Shown: positions 1-10,309 of the stretch, piece after piece | Layout of the letters: each line of letters opens with the position of its first letter | Position numbering within the stretch: position 1 is the first letter of the stretch | Position numbers and translations under genes: made by a program | Assembly (NCBI GenBank): GCA_046545635.1 | Contig: JBKGZJ010000001.1 | Coordinates: 1-60,302 of the forward strand | Length of the DNA: 60,302 nt | Source: Thiohalophilus sp. | Lineage (GTDB): Bacteria; Pseudomonadota; Gammaproteobacteria; UBA6429; Thiohalophilaceae | Direction of reading: 5' to 3' | The notes under the pieces: generated by a model | What the model saw: only the letters and a program-made list of their open reading frames with translations | What the model was told of the DNA's origin: nothing | Databases searched by the model: none

Positions 1-89
1 CCGTACAGCCCGGCGACGTAGGAGCTGTCGGGATCGGCCTCCTTGCGCTGCTCGAGCACGCCGGCCAGCTGTTGCAATATGTCGCTCAT
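1..89 (-). CDS. hisE: Phosphoribosyl-ATP diphosphatase (5' part; runs off the window edge)
   Basis: Manual translation [29 protein letters not shown]; the SSYV..LY motif of HisE; lies directly downstream of hisI. Confidence 0.9.
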   Translation of the reverse strand, partial: MSDILQQLAGVLEQRKEADPDSSYVAGLY

Positions 90-130
90 AGACGGGGATT
101 ATTCCACGTTTGGCGCCGTTTGTGGGGATG

Positions 131-517
131 CTATTTATAGATGGCGTCGGGATCCCTGATCACCGGCTCCACCTCGACCCAGTGATCGTCCTGTAACTGC
201 TTGAAAAAACAGCGATGTCGGCCGGTGTGGCAGGCGATGCCGCCTTTTTGCTCCACCTCCAGCAGAATCACGTCATTGTCGCAGTCGAGACGGATATCCC
301 GGATGATCTGCTCGTGGCCCGACTCCTCGCCCTTGCGCCACAGCCGCCCGCGCGAGCGCGACCAGTAGATCGCCTTGCCCTCGGCAACGCTCAGCGCCAG
401 CGACTCGCGGTTCATCCAGGCCAGCATCAGCACCTTGCCCGTGCCCGCCTCCTGGGCGATCACCGGCACCAGCCCGTCCTCCGTCCACTTGATCTCATCC
501 AGCCAGTTTGTACTCAT
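131..517 (-). CDS. hisI: Phosphoribosyl-AMP cyclohydrolase
   Basis: [20 protein letters not shown] and ACHTG..CF motifs; his operon context. Confidence 0.97.
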   Translation of the reverse strand: MSTNWLDEIKWTEDGLVPVIAQEAGTGKVLMLAWMNRESLALSVAEGKAIYWSRSRGRLWRKGEESGHEQIIRDIRLDCDNDVILLEVEQKGGIACHTGRHRCFFKQLQDDHWVEVEPVIRDPDAIYK

Positions 518-536
518 AAGTCATATCCCGATTTAA

Positions 537-651
537 AACGCAGAGGGCGCGGAGTCGCGGAGGCGCAGAGTTTAAAAAATTCAGGCTGACAGCATTCTCC
601 GGGTTATCAATTTTATTCTCTGCGGCTCTGCGCCTCTGCGACCTCCGCGTT
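537..651. repeat. Tandem-unit inverted repeat element, CGCRGAG family, copy 1
   Basis: Left arm 537-570 AACGCAGAG-GGCGCGGAG-TCGCGGAG-GCGCAGAG; right arm 618-651 is its imperfect reverse complement; 47-bp AT-rich loop. Confidence 0.9.
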
Positions 652-665
652 AATAACCCGTGTAA

Positions 666-1433
666 CTAGAGGCGAACCTCGATGTCGCTGCCGGCCATGC
701 GCCGTTTGGCTTCCTCGATGCTGTATTCGCCGAAGTGGAAGATGCTGGCGGCGAGTACGGCGTCGGCGTGGCCCTGTTTGATGCCGTCGACCAGGTGGTC
801 CAGGTTGCCGACGCCGCCGGAGGCGATTACCGGGACGCTGACCGCGTCGCAGATGGCGCGGGTCAGATCCAGGTCAAAGCCCTGTTTGGTGCCGTCGCGG
901 TCCATGCTGGTCAGCAGGATCTCGCCGGCGCCGTAGTCGACCATTTTCTGCGCCCATTCGATGGCGTCCAGGCCGGTGGGCCTGCGCCCGCCGTGGGTGA
1001 AGATCTCCCACTTTTTCGGATCATCGCTTACCTGCTTGGCGTCGATGGCGACCACGATGCACTGGGAGCCGAACTTCTGCGCCGCTTCACGCACGAACTC
1101 CGGGTTGTCGACCGCCGCCGTATTGATGGCGACCTTGTCCGCGCCGGCATTGAGCATGGTGCGCACATCCTCGATCTGGCGAATTCCGCCACCGACGGTC
1201 AGGGGAATGAAGACCTGGCCGGCCACCTGCTCGACCACCTGCACCATGGTCCCGCGGCCTTCGTGACTGGCGCTGATATCCAGAAAAGTCAGCTCGTCGG
1301 CGCCCTGCTCGTCGTAGCGGCGCGCGATCTCCACCGGATCCCCCGCGTCGCGGATGTCCACAAACTGCACCCCCTTGACGACGCGGCCCTTGTCCACATC
1401 CAGGCAGGGAATAATACGCTTGGCCAGACCCAT
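666..1433 (-). CDS. hisF: Imidazole glycerol phosphate synthase, cyclase subunit
   Basis: [39 protein letters not shown]; start placed at ATG 1433. Confidence 0.97.
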   Translation of the reverse strand: MGLAKRIIPCLDVDKGRVVKGVQFVDIRDAGDPVEIARRYDEQGADELTFLDISASHEGRGTMVQVVEQVAGQVFIPLTVGGGIRQIEDVRTMLNAGADKVAINTAAVDNPEFVREAAQKFGSQCIVVAIDAKQVSDDPKKWEIFTHGGRRPTGLDAIEWAQKMVDYGAGEILLTSMDRDGTKQGFDLDLTRAICDAVSVPVIASGGVGNLDHLVDGIKQGHADAVLAASIFHFGEYSIEEAKRRMAGSDIEVRL

Positions 1434-1462
1434 ATCGATTCTCTTCTCTAGATACAATATTT

Positions 1463-1630
1463 AACGCGGAGGACGCAGAGGCGCGGAGCCGCGGAGAATA
1501 AAATTTTAAAACATCCCTGATTTATAGCCAGCAATATCGCTGGCTTGTAATCGCTTGTTCATGGTAGATGCAATCCTTGCTGTTCCCATTAATTAACTCT
1601 GCGCCTCCGCGCCTCTGCGATCTCCGCGTG
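1463..1630. repeat. Tandem-unit inverted repeat element, CGCRGAG family, copy 2
   Basis: Left arm 1463-1496 (4 units), right arm 1597-1630; 100-bp loop with an internal hairpin AGCCAGC/GCTGGCT. Confidence 0.9.
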
Positions 1631-1657
1631 ATTAATCAGAGATTCAGAAAAGCGCGC

Positions 1658-2398
1658 CTACTCGCCGCCGCAGGTGTCGGCCAGGGCGGCGCCTTCGGCG
1701 AAGTCGAGGCTGCCTTCGTAGATGGCGCGGCCGGTGATGGCGCCCATGATGCCCTCGTCGGCGACCTCGCACAGGGCGCGGATGTCGTCCATGTTGGTGA
1801 TGCCGCCGGAGGCGATGACCGGAATGGCCATCGACTGGGCCAGTTTGACCGTGGCCTCGACGTTGACCCCGCTCATCATGCCGTCGCGGCCGATGTCGGT
1901 GTAGACGATGGCCGAGACGCCGTCCTGTTCAAAATGCTGGGCCAGATCGATGACATCGTGGCGCGAGAGCTTGGACCAGCCGTCGATAGCCACCTTGTCG
2001 TCTTTGGCGTCCAGGCCGACGATGATGTGGCCGGGGTATTCCATGCACAGATCATTGACAAAATGGGGCGCGTTGACCGCTTTGGTGCCGATGATGACGT
2101 ATTGCACCCCGGCGTCGAGATAGGTCTCCACGGTCTCTTCGTCACGGATGCCGCCGCCGATCTGGATGGGCAGATCGGGGAAGGCGCTGGCGATGGCGTG
2201 CACCACGTCGGCGTTGACCGGCTTGCCGGCGAAGGCGCCATTGAGATCGACGATGTGCAGGCGGCGGGCACCGGCCTCGACCCAGCGCGCGGCGACGCTG
2301 ACCGGGTCGTCGGAAAAAATGGTTTCATCGTCCATTTTGCCCTGACGCAAACGGACGCATTTGCCGTCCTTGAGGTCGATGGCAGGGATCAGCAGCAT
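1658..2398 (-). CDS. hisA: ProFAR isomerase
   Basis: [33 protein letters not shown] motifs. Confidence 0.97.
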   Translation of the reverse strand: MLLIPAIDLKDGKCVRLRQGKMDDETIFSDDPVSVAARWVEAGARRLHIVDLNGAFAGKPVNADVVHAIASAFPDLPIQIGGGIRDEETVETYLDAGVQYVIIGTKAVNAPHFVNDLCMEYPGHIIVGLDAKDDKVAIDGWSKLSRHDVIDLAQHFEQDGVSAIVYTDIGRDGMMSGVNVEATVKLAQSMAIPVIASGGITNMDDIRALCEVADEGIMGAITGRAIYEGSLDFAEGAALADTCGGE

Positions 2399-2440
2399 GG
2401 TGAAGTCTCTCGTGGTTGCTCGAACGTCACAGTGGTGTGC

Positions 2441-3091
2441 TTAGAGGGAACCATCCCAGTTCAAAAAGTTGGTGTACAGTTGTATGCCGGTGTGCTGGCT
2501 TTTCTCCGGATGGAACTGTACGGCAAATACATTACCTTTTGCCAGTGCGCAGGTAAACGGAATGCCGTAGTTGGAGGAGGCGGCAATCAGGTCCGGCTCG
2601 GCCGGCTCCACATAATAACTGTGGACAAAATAGAAGCGCGCGCCGTTGGCAATGCCCTCCCACAAGGGATGCTCGACCTGCGGATAAACCTGGTTCCAGC
2701 CCATATGCGGGATCTTGAGCCGTTCGTCGCTGAGGGGAGCGCGCATATCCTTGCTAAAGGCCAGTACCTTGCCGGGCAGCAGCCCCAGACAGCGGGTGCC
2801 GTCGTTTTCGGCACTGTACTCCATCATCGCCTGCATGCCGACACAAATCCCCAGCAGCGGCGTGCCCTGTCCGGCCACCTGGTGAATCACCGGTTCCAGG
2901 CCCAGGCGGCGGATTTCCGCCATGCAATCGCGAATCGCGCCCACGCCGGGGAGCACAACATGCTCGGCCTGGCCGATCTGTTCGGGATCGTCGGTAACCA
3001 GCACCCGGCGGGTGGGATCGGCTTTTTCCAGGGCCTTGCTCACCGAGTGGAGATTGCCCATTCCATAATCAATTACAGCAACAGTCGACAT
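2441..3091 (-). CDS. hisH: Imidazole glycerol phosphate synthase, glutaminase subunit
   Basis: DYGMGNL, LPGVG, GICVGMQ, PHMGWN, YFVHSY, QFHPEKS. Confidence 0.97.
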   Translation of the reverse strand: MSTVAVIDYGMGNLHSVSKALEKADPTRRVLVTDDPEQIGQAEHVVLPGVGAIRDCMAEIRRLGLEPVIHQVAGQGTPLLGICVGMQAMMEYSAENDGTRCLGLLPGKVLAFSKDMRAPLSDERLKIPHMGWNQVYPQVEHPLWEGIANGARFYFVHSYYVEPAEPDLIAASSNYGIPFTCALAKGNVFAVQFHPEKSQHTGIQLYTNFLNWDGSL

Positions 3092-3133
3092 AGTCTTCGG
3101 ATACTCAGGCGGAGCGAACCCCGGTGTTGTGGC

Positions 3134-3727
3134 TCAGAGGCTGCCCTTGGTGGACGGCAGAATGCCCTGCATCCGCGGATCGGGCTCCAGTGCCATGCGC
3201 AATGCCCGGCCGAAGGCCTTGAAGGCGGTTTCCGCAATGTGGTGGGCGTTACGGCCGCGCAGGTTGTCGATGTGCAGGGTCACCCGCGCGTGGTTGACGA
3301 AGCCCTGGAAGAATTCGCCAAGCAGGTCCACGTCAAACTCACCGATGTGCGAGCGCGGGAAATCCACCCCGTATTCCAGGCCGGGTCGGCCGGAAAAGTC
3401 GATCACCACCCGCGAGAGCGCCTCATCAAGCGGCACATAGGCGTGGCCGTAGCGGCGGATGCCCTGTTTGTCGCCCACCGCCTGGTCAAAGGCCTGACCC
3501 AGACTGATACCGATGTCCTCCACGGTGTGATGGGCATCGATGTGCAGATCGCCCTGCGCCTGAAGGTTAATATCGATCATGCCGTGGCGCGCCACCTGCT
3601 CGAGCATGTGCTCGAGAAACGGCAGGCCGGTGTTCAGCTCGACCTCGCCCTGGCCGTCCAGATCAATGGCGACCTGGATCCGGGTCTCCAGCGTATTGCG
3701 TTCGATGTTGGCACGACGTGCGGACAT
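3134..3727 (-). CDS. hisB: Imidazoleglycerol-phosphate dehydratase (monofunctional)
   Basis: DAHHTVED and NAHHIAE motifs, C-terminal PSTKGSL; start placed at ATG 3727. Confidence 0.97.
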   Translation of the reverse strand: MSARRANIERNTLETRIQVAIDLDGQGEVELNTGLPFLEHMLEQVARHGMIDINLQAQGDLHIDAHHTVEDIGISLGQAFDQAVGDKQGIRRYGHAYVPLDEALSRVVIDFSGRPGLEYGVDFPRSHIGEFDVDLLGEFFQGFVNHARVTLHIDNLRGRNAHHIAETAFKAFGRALRMALEPDPRMQGILPSTKGSL

Positions 3728-3990
3728 GATGGCTCCAGTGAAGGGCGCGGGCCGGCGCCGGTTCAAAGCGATAGCATACCGAAATAAGCGGCTGCGGGAA
3801 AATCCGGATTCTACCAGATTTCACGGGCTATGCCGCAGGTTTTGGCTCGGGTATTTCGGCGGTTTTTAATCAAGCGATTAAACCAACTTTTTTGTTAAGT
3901 CGGGCCGAGTGCGAGTATAGTTTATCAAGGCGGCCCTGCCGGCTGCCGTTAAACTGTCATAGCCATCTAACCGGAGTCGGGTCGAGGTCC

Positions 3991-4767
3991 ATGTCCAGAG
4001 AACGCGTTGTCAACCTGTCCGAAGTTCGTACCCAGTGTCAGAAATGCAGTCTGTATCAGTTGTGCATGCCGATGGGCCTGGCCGAAGGCGACCTCAACAA
4101 GCTCGATAAAATTATCAAACGTCGCCGTCCGGTGGAAAAAGGCGAATTTCTGTTTCGTCTTGGCGAGGACTTCACCTCGTTGTATGCCATCCGTTCGGGG
4201 TCGTTGAAAACCTATACCAGTCAAAGCGATGGTCAGGAGCAGGTCATCGGCATGCACCTGCCCGGTGAGTTGATTGGCCTCGATGCGATCGGCAACAATC
4301 GCCATGGCTGCTCGGCGGTGGCACTGGAGACCACCAGTGTTTGCGAGATTCCCTTCGATCATCTGGAACCACTGAGTCGTGAGATACCCGGTTTGCAGCA
4401 TCATCTGTTCCGGCTGATGAGCACCGAAATTCAGCACGATCAGTGTCACATGACCGTACTGGCCCGCATGCCGGTGGAAAACCGCCTGGCCAGTTTTTTG
4501 CTGAATCTGTCCGATCGCTACAAGCTGCGCGGTTACTCGGCCAGTGAGTTCAACCTCAGTATGTCGCGCGGGGATATCGCCAATATGCTCGGTATGGCCA
4601 TGGAGACCATCAGTCGGTTACTGACCGGTTTTCAGGATCAAGGTCTGATCCAGGTAGAACGCAAGCATATTCGTATTCTTGAGCCGGCCGGGTTGCGCGC
4701 GATTGCCGGCCAGTGTGGCGAACTGCCCGATAGCCCCGCGGATAACTCCAGTTCACACAGCGCCTGA
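3991..4767 (+). CDS. fnr: FNR/Anr oxygen-sensing transcription regulator
   Basis: N-terminal CQKCSLYQLC plus VCEIP Fe-S ligands; HTH ETISR; RBS GAGG before ATG 3991. Confidence 0.93.
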   Translation: MSRERVVNLSEVRTQCQKCSLYQLCMPMGLAEGDLNKLDKIIKRRRPVEKGEFLFRLGEDFTSLYAIRSGSLKTYTSQSDGQEQVIGMHLPGELIGLDAIGNNRHGCSAVALETTSVCEIPFDHLEPLSREIPGLQHHLFRLMSTEIQHDQCHMTVLARMPVENRLASFLLNLSDRYKLRGYSASEFNLSMSRGDIANMLGMAMETISRLLTGFQDQGLIQVERKHIRILEPAGLRAIAGQCGELPDSPADNSSSHSA

Positions 4768-4820
4768 CCCGTCCACCCGGGCGGTAATTCCCCGACATTA
4801 AAAAAAATACGGCTTTTCTT

Positions 4821-4834
4821 TTGATCCAGATCAA
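4821..4834 (+). promoter_or_regulatory. FNR box upstream of ccoN
   Basis: TTGAT-CCAG-ATCAA, a perfect match to TTGAT-N4-ATCAA, 87 nt before the ccoN start. Confidence 0.92.
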
Positions 4835-4921
4835 GGCCTGGACTAGGTTTAGTGCTGTGGCTTGGATATTGTTCAGGCACGCAGTCTTCCCCTGGTTTGC
4901 CGAGAATAAAAAGGAAAGCCC

Positions 4922-6340
4922 ATGGATAACCAATCGACTTATAACTACAGGGTGGTGCGCCAGTTTACGGTGATGACCGTGGTCTGGGGCATCGTCGGAA
5001 TGCTGGTCGGGGTGGTAATTGCGGCGCAGCTGGTCTGGCCGGCGCTCAATTTCGATATCCCCTGGCTCACCTACAGCCGCCTGCGGCCGCTGCACACCAA
5101 TGCCGTGATCTTTGCCTTTGGCGGCTCGGCGCTGTTTGCCACGTCGTATTATGTGGTCCAGCGTACCTGTCAGGTGCGGCTGTTTGGTGATCGGCTGGCG
5201 GCGTTTACCTTCTGGGGCTGGACGCTGGTGATTCTGCTGGCGGCCGTCAGCCTGCCGCTGGGGATGACCAGCAGCAAGGAGTACGCCGAGCTGGAGTGGC
5301 CGATCGATCTGTTGATTACCGTGGTGTGGGTGGCCTACGCGATCGTCTTCTTCGGCACGCTGGCCAAACGCCGGGTCAAGCATATTTATGTGGCGAACTG
5401 GTTTTTTGGGGCCTTTATTCTGACCATCGCGGTTCTGCATGTGATCAACAGCCTGGCGCTGCCGGTGACGCTGACCAAGTCCTACTCGGTCTATCCCGGG
5501 GCCATTGATGCCATGGTGCAGTGGTGGTACGGCCATAACGCGGTGGGCTTTTTCCTGACCGCCGGCTTTCTGGGCATGATGTATTACTTCATCCCCAAGC
5601 AGGCGGAACGGCCGATCTACTCCTACCGGCTGTCGGTGGTGCATTTCTGGTCGTTGATTGCCATTTATATGTGGGCCGGGCCGCACCATCTGCACTACAC
5701 CGCCCTGCCCGACTGGGCCCAGTCGCTGGGGATGGTGTTCTCGCTGATCCTGCTGGCACCCTCCTGGGGCGGGATGATCAACGGCATCATGACCCTCTCG
5801 GGCGCGTGGCACAAACTGCGCACTGATCCGATTCTCAAGTTTTTGATCGTTTCGCTGTCGTTCTACGGCATGTCGACTTTTGAAGGGCCGATGATGTCGA
5901 TCAAGACGGTCAATTCCCTGTCCCACTATACCGACTGGACCATCGGTCACGTGCACTCCGGGGCGCTTGGCTGGGTCGGTCTGGTGACCATCGGCTCGGT
6001 CTACTTCCTGATTCCCAAGCTGTTCGGCCGTGAGCAGATGCACTCGGTGAAACTGATCGATGCCCACTTCTGGATCGCGACCATCGGTATCGTGGTGTAC
6101 ATCGCCGCCATGTGGATTGCCGGCGTCATGCAGGGGCTGATGTGGCGTGCGGTTAACGATGACGGCACTTTGACCTACAGCTTCGTGGAAAGCCTGGAGG
6201 CCATGTATCCGTTCTATGCCGTGCGCCTGCTGGGCGGTTTGTTGTATCTGACCGGTATGTTGATTATGGCGTATAACGTGTGGAAGACCATTGCCGGCCC
6301 GAAGGCCGCGGCGGATGACCGCATTCCGCAGACGGCTTAA
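4922..6340 (+). CDS. ccoN: cbb3-type cytochrome c oxidase subunit I
   Basis: [30 protein letters not shown]. Confidence 0.98.
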   Translation: MDNQSTYNYRVVRQFTVMTVVWGIVGMLVGVVIAAQLVWPALNFDIPWLTYSRLRPLHTNAVIFAFGGSALFATSYYVVQRTCQVRLFGDRLAAFTFWGWTLVILLAAVSLPLGMTSSKEYAELEWPIDLLITVVWVAYAIVFFGTLAKRRVKHIYVANWFFGAFILTIAVLHVINSLALPVTLTKSYSVYPGAIDAMVQWWYGHNAVGFFLTAGFLGMMYYFIPKQAERPIYSYRLSVVHFWSLIAIYMWAGPHHLHYTALPDWAQSLGMVFSLILLAPSWGGMINGIMTLSGAWHKLRTDPILKFLIVSLSFYGMSTFEGPMMSIKTVNSLSHYTDWTIGHVHSGALGWVGLVTIGSVYFLIPKLFGREQMHSVKLIDAHFWIATIGIVVYIAAMWIAGVMQGLMWRAVNDDGTLTYSFVESLEAMYPFYAVRLLGGLLYLTGMLIMAYNVWKTIAGPKAAADDRIPQTA

Positions 6341-6354
6341 CGGAGGAGAGCATC

Positions 6355-6984
6355 ATGAGTCATGAAAAAGTAGAAACCCGTGCCGGCCTCCTGGCCCTGT
6401 TTATTATTATCGTGATCAGCTTTGGCGGGCTGGTGGAAATTGTGCCCCTGTTTTTTATCAAGGACACCACCGAGCCGGTCGATGGGCTCAAGCCCTACAG
6501 CGCGTTGCAGCTGGAGGGTCGGGATATCTATGTGCGTGAAGGTTGCTATACCTGTCATTCACAGATGATTCGTCCGTTCCGGGCCGAGACCGAGCGCTAT
6601 GGTCACTACTCGGTAGCCGGGGAGTTTGTCTATGACCGGCCCTTCCAGTGGGGTTCGAAGCGGACCGGGCCGGATCTGGCGCGGGTCGGTGAACGCTATT
6701 CGGATGAGTGGCACCGGGTGCATCTGATTAACCCCCGTGACGTTGTCCCCGAGTCCAATATGCCGGGTTTCCCCTGGCTGGCGGAAAACGAGCTGGATGG
6801 CAAGCATACGGCGAAGAAGCTAAAGGTCATGAACAAGCTCACCGAAGCAACCTGTAACGGTTGCCAGACCTATAGCGAGGAAGAGATCGCCAATGCAGCC
6901 GGGGAGGTTGAAGGCAAGACCGAAATGGATGCCCTGATCGCCTATCTGCAGAGCCTGGGCACCAGTATCAAGGCGCGGAGGTGA
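6355..6984 (+). CDS. ccoO: cbb3-type oxidase subunit II (monoheme)
   Basis: [24 protein letters not shown]. Confidence 0.97.
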   Translation: MSHEKVETRAGLLALFIIIVISFGGLVEIVPLFFIKDTTEPVDGLKPYSALQLEGRDIYVREGCYTCHSQMIRPFRAETERYGHYSVAGEFVYDRPFQWGSKRTGPDLARVGERYSDEWHRVHLINPRDVVPESNMPGFPWLAENELDGKHTAKKLKVMNKLTEATCNGCQTYSEEEIANAAGEVEGKTEMDALIAYLQSLGTSIKARR

Positions 6985-6989
6985 TAAGG

Positions 6990-7166
6990 ATGGATATGAA
7001 CGATGTTCGCAGCTGGTACACCGTGGTCATTTTTGCGGTGTTTATCGGCATCTTCATCTGGGCCTGGAGCGGCAAGCGCAAGCGGGATTTTCACGAGGCC
7101 GCCCATCTGCCCCTGAATGAGCCGGAGTATCCCCGCGCCCAAAAGAATAAGGAGAACGGATCATGA
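6990..7166 (+). CDS. ccoQ: cbb3-type oxidase subunit CcoQ
   Basis: Single TM helix followed by KRDFHEAAHLPL; lies between ccoO and ccoP. Confidence 0.92.
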   Translation: MDMNDVRSWYTVVIFAVFIGIFIWAWSGKRKRDFHEAAHLPLNEPEYPRAQKNKENGS

Positions 7167-8047
7167 GTACCTTCTGGAGCTGGTTTGTGGCCGTGATTTC
7201 GATCGGCATGATTGTCGCCTGCTACTGGTTGATCAAATGGACCACAAAGCGGCGCAGTGGTGAGGCGGCCGAGGGTGATGTAACCGGCCATACCTGGGAC
7301 GGCAACCTGGAGGAATATAACAACCCGTTGCCCAACTGGTGGTTGTGGTTGTTTTATATCACCATCATTTTTGCGTTGATCTATCTGGTACTCTATCCGG
7401 GGTTGGGTAACTTCAAGGGTGTATTAAACTGGAGCTCTACCGGTCAGTATCAACAGGAGATGCAACGGGCCGATCAGGAGTACGGTCCGATCTTCGCCAC
7501 TTATGCCGAGACCGACATTCCTCAGCTGGCGAAACAGGATGAAGCCATGGCCGCCGGGCGACGCCTGTTTCTGACCTATTGTGCCACCTGTCACGGTTCC
7601 GATGCCGGCGGGGCACGGGGTTTCCCCAGCCTCAAGGATGATGCCTGGTTGTGGGGTGGTGAGCCCGAGGCAATCAAAACCAGTATTCTGGACGGGCGCA
7701 AAGGGGTCATGCCGGCCCATGATCGTCTGGAGGATGAGGCCATCGATAATGTGGCCGCCTATGTGCAAAGCCTCAGCGGGCGCGACGTCGATCAGGCGCA
7801 GGTCAGTGCCGGTAAGGAGGTGTTCTCCCAGAACTGTGCCGTTTGTCACGGCGAGGACGGAACCGGCAAGACGGCCATGGGGGCTCCCGACCTGACCGAC
7901 AATATCTGGCTGTATGGCGGTTCGCCGGGTGTGATTCGCCAGACGATTCGTCACGGTCGTGAGGGTGAAATGCCTTCGCATCGGGAAATCCTCGGCGAGG
8001 ACAAGGCGCATTTGCTGGCGGCCTACGTCTACAGTCTGTCTGATTAA
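7163..8047 (+). CDS. ccoP: cbb3-type oxidase subunit III (diheme)
   Basis: GHTWDG.LEEYNNPLP.WW, CATCH and CAVCH heme motifs. Confidence 0.97.
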   Translation: MSTFWSWFVAVISIGMIVACYWLIKWTTKRRSGEAAEGDVTGHTWDGNLEEYNNPLPNWWLWLFYITIIFALIYLVLYPGLGNFKGVLNWSSTGQYQQEMQRADQEYGPIFATYAETDIPQLAKQDEAMAAGRRLFLTYCATCHGSDAGGARGFPSLKDDAWLWGGEPEAIKTSILDGRKGVMPAHDRLEDEAIDNVAAYVQSLSGRDVDQAQVSAGKEVFSQNCAVCHGEDGTGKTAMGAPDLTDNIWLYGGSPGVIRQTIRHGREGEMPSHREILGEDKAHLLAAYVYSLSD

Positions 8048-8057
8048 TTGCCGCTGT

Positions 8058-8081
8058 GGCGGCGGGCTGCTGTCCGCCGCC
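8058..8081 (+). other. GC-rich hairpin after ccoP (mRNA stabiliser or pause; no U-tract)
   Basis: GGCGGCGGGC-TGCT-GTCCGCCGCC, 10-bp stem. Confidence 0.5.
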
Positions 8082-8103
8082 CACTACCATAAGGAGTTGC
8101 GTC

Positions 8104-8223
8104 ATGCTGGAACTGCTGTTCGGAACCTGGACCGGTATCCTGTCGTTGGCCGTACTGGTCGTTTCTGTGGCGATTGTCGGCTGCCTGTTCTATATGTTCT
8201 TTATCAAGCCGCCAAAGCAGTAA
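8104..8223 (+). CDS. Small single-TM protein, DUF3149-like (not in the ORF track)
   Basis: AAGGAG RBS at 8091-8096; MLELLFGTWTGILSLAVLVVSVAIVGCLFYMFFIKPPKQ, 39 aa; position between ccoP and ccoG. Confidence 0.8.
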   Translation: MLELLFGTWTGILSLAVLVVSVAIVGCLFYMFFIKPPKQ

Positions 8224-8309
8224 TGGCGAGAAGGGTGTCGCACGGACCGAAGGTGATTTGGCCGGCGGTGCTGATGTGATTTTAATGCAGCAATTATTCA
8301 GTTGTCGGG

Positions 8310-9725
8310 GTGCAGATGCCTAACCCGAAGTCACGGACGCCGTCACCGGAGCCGGCAGTCGAGCAGGAACTTTACGCCAAGCATCAGAAAATCTATCCCC
8401 GCGAGGTGCACGGCATTTTCGCCACCCTGCGGATTCTCGGGGTGCTGGTCTTGTTGGGCCTCTATTACCTGCTGCCGTGGTTTTCCTGGGACGGCCATCA
8501 GGCGGTGCTGTTCGATCTGCCGGCGCGCAAATTTTATATCTTCGGTCTGACCTTCTGGCCGCAAGACTTTTTCTATCTGGCGGCGTTGTTGATTATCGCC
8601 GGCCTGTCGCTGTTTTTCTTTACCGCGCTGGCCGGCCGTCTGTGGTGCGGGTATGCCTGCCCGCAAACCGTCTGGACCGAGGTGTTTCTCTGGATCGAAC
8701 GCAAGATCGAGGGCGATCGGCCCAGACAGATGAAACTGGCCAAATCGCCCTGGAATGCCAACAAGATCGTACGTCGTGGCAGCAAGCAGGCGGTCTGGGT
8801 TGTGTTGTCATTGTGGACCGGTTTTACCTTTGTCGGCTATTTCACACCGATTACCGAGTTGTGGCAGAGCATGCTGCAATTCGATCTGGGGCCGTGGGAA
8901 ACCTTCTGGGTGTTTTTCTACGGTTTTGCCACCTATGGCAACGCCGGTTTCATGCGCGAGCAGGTGTGTATCTACATGTGCCCCTACGCGCGTTTTCAAA
9001 GTGCCATGTTCGACAAGGATACGTTGATCATATCCTACGATCCCAACCGCGGTGAGCCGCGCGGGGCGCGCAAGCGCGGCACGGACAAGGAGGCGAAAGG
9101 GCTGGGTGACTGTATCGACTGCACCCTGTGCGTGCAGGCCTGCCCCACCGGGATCGACATTCGCGAGGGTCTGCAATACCAGTGCATCGGGTGTGCCGCC
9201 TGTATCGATGCCTGTAATGAAGTCATGGACAAGATGGATTATCCGCGCGGCCTGATTCGCTATACCACCGAAAATGCCCTGGAGGGCAAGCGCACCAGTA
9301 TCCTGCGGCCACGAATCGTCGTTTATGGGCTGTTACTGATACTGATTACGGCGGCGGTCTTTTACAGTATTGCCACCCGGGTGCCCGTGGAACTGAACGT
9401 GCTGCGTGACCGCAATACCCTGTATCGCGAAACCAATCAGGGCCTGGTGGAAAATATCTATACCCTCAAGATACTGAATATGGATGAGACCGCGCATACC
9501 TATCGCCTGACTATCGACGGTCCGCCGCAAATGGAACTGCACATGGGACGCGAGACGTTGCATGTGGAAGGCGGGAGTGTGACCCAGGTGCCGGTGCAGT
9601 TGCGCATCGATCCGGTCCATCTGGAGAAGACCGGTTATGACATCAAGTTTCATCTGCAAGCCGTCGACCAACCGGATCTGTCGGTGACCCAGACCGGCCG
9701 CTTTATTGGTCCGGCGATGCGCTAA
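8310..9725 (+). CDS. ccoG: Cytochrome c oxidase accessory protein CcoG/FixG
   Basis: GRLWCGYACPQTVW, CIYMCPY, two 4Fe-4S motifs CIDCTLCVQACP and CIGCAACIDAC; start may be ATG 8316. Confidence 0.96.
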   Translation: MQMPNPKSRTPSPEPAVEQELYAKHQKIYPREVHGIFATLRILGVLVLLGLYYLLPWFSWDGHQAVLFDLPARKFYIFGLTFWPQDFFYLAALLIIAGLSLFFFTALAGRLWCGYACPQTVWTEVFLWIERKIEGDRPRQMKLAKSPWNANKIVRRGSKQAVWVVLSLWTGFTFVGYFTPITELWQSMLQFDLGPWETFWVFFYGFATYGNAGFMREQVCIYMCPYARFQSAMFDKDTLIISYDPNRGEPRGARKRGTDKEAKGLGDCIDCTLCVQACPTGIDIREGLQYQCIGCAACIDACNEVMDKMDYPRGLIRYTTENALEGKRTSILRPRIVVYGLLLILITAAVFYSIATRVPVELNVLRDRNTLYRETNQGLVENIYTLKILNMDETAHTYRLTIDGPPQMELHMGRETLHVEGGSVTQVPVQLRIDPVHLEKTGYDIKFHLQAVDQPDLSVTQTGRFIGPAMR

Positions 9726-9737
9726 CTCAAGGAGACC

Positions 9738-10271
9738 ATGACAATGGCTTACACGGCTGTCGAAAATAATCCGCCCCCCTGGTATCGGCAGTTCTGGCCC
9801 TGGGCCCTGATTGCCCTGCCGGGCGCTGCGGTCATCGCCAGTATTGCGACCCTGATCATTGCCATGCAGAACCCCGACGGCCTGGTGGTGGATGACTATT
9901 ACAAAGAGGGGATGGCGATTAATCAGACTCTTGCCCGGGATCGTCATGCCCGTTTTCTGGATCTGCGGGCGAGCGGGCGGATTGGCGCGGACGGCCGGGT
10001 ACAACTGGTGTTGAGCGGCAAGCAGCCGGTTGCGGCAGACAGACTCCGTCTGCGTCTGCTCCATCCCACCCGGGCCAATCAGGATCAGCAGCTCTGGTTG
10101 ACGGCGGCGGAAGCGGCCGACCGCTATCGCGGCCGGTTACAGACGCCGCAGGCGGGACACTGGCATCTGTTGCTGGAGCCGGAACAGGGCAGCTGGCGCC
10201 TGATCGGCCGACTGGAATGGCCCGGCGAAGGGCGGATTGAGCTTGCGCCCGCTCGGGGCGCGGGCGAATAA
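9738..10271 (+). CDS. ccoH: FixH/CcoH family protein
   Basis: PWYRQFWPW, TM helix, LVVDDYYKEGMAIN, HPT motif. Confidence 0.92.
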   Translation: MTMAYTAVENNPPPWYRQFWPWALIALPGAAVIASIATLIIAMQNPDGLVVDDYYKEGMAINQTLARDRHARFLDLRASGRIGADGRVQLVLSGKQPVAADRLRLRLLHPTRANQDQQLWLTAAEAADRYRGRLQTPQAGHWHLLLEPEQGSWRLIGRLEWPGEGRIELAPARGAGE

Positions 10272-10309
10272 AGCCTATAATCAGCGGTCTTTTATCCGGG
10301 AGAAAGAAG

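Noticed and set aside
1506-1589. 27-codon minus-strand ORF (MGTARIASTMNKRLQASDIAGYKSGMF) that nearly fills the loop of repeat copy 2
   Set aside because: No RBS or recognisable motif, and the length is compatible with chance. Worth revisiting only if other copies carry ORFs.
537-1630. CGCRGAG repeats as a CRISPR array
   Set aside because: The units are 8-9 nt, contiguous and inverted, with no regular repeat-spacer pattern, and there are no cas genes in the window.
1568-3787. 739-aa + strand ORF and other long antisense ORFs (e.g. 4610-6067, 12620-13909, 32643-34193, 47912-49903)
   Set aside because: They are shadows of well-identified genes on the opposite strand, expected from GC-rich codon usage, and show no recognisable motifs.
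3865-3882. Palindrome TTTAATC-AAGC-GATTAAA upstream of fnr as an FNR box
   Set aside because: Only one ATCAA half-site is present and it does not fit TTGAT-N4-ATCAA. It may be another operator but cannot be assigned.
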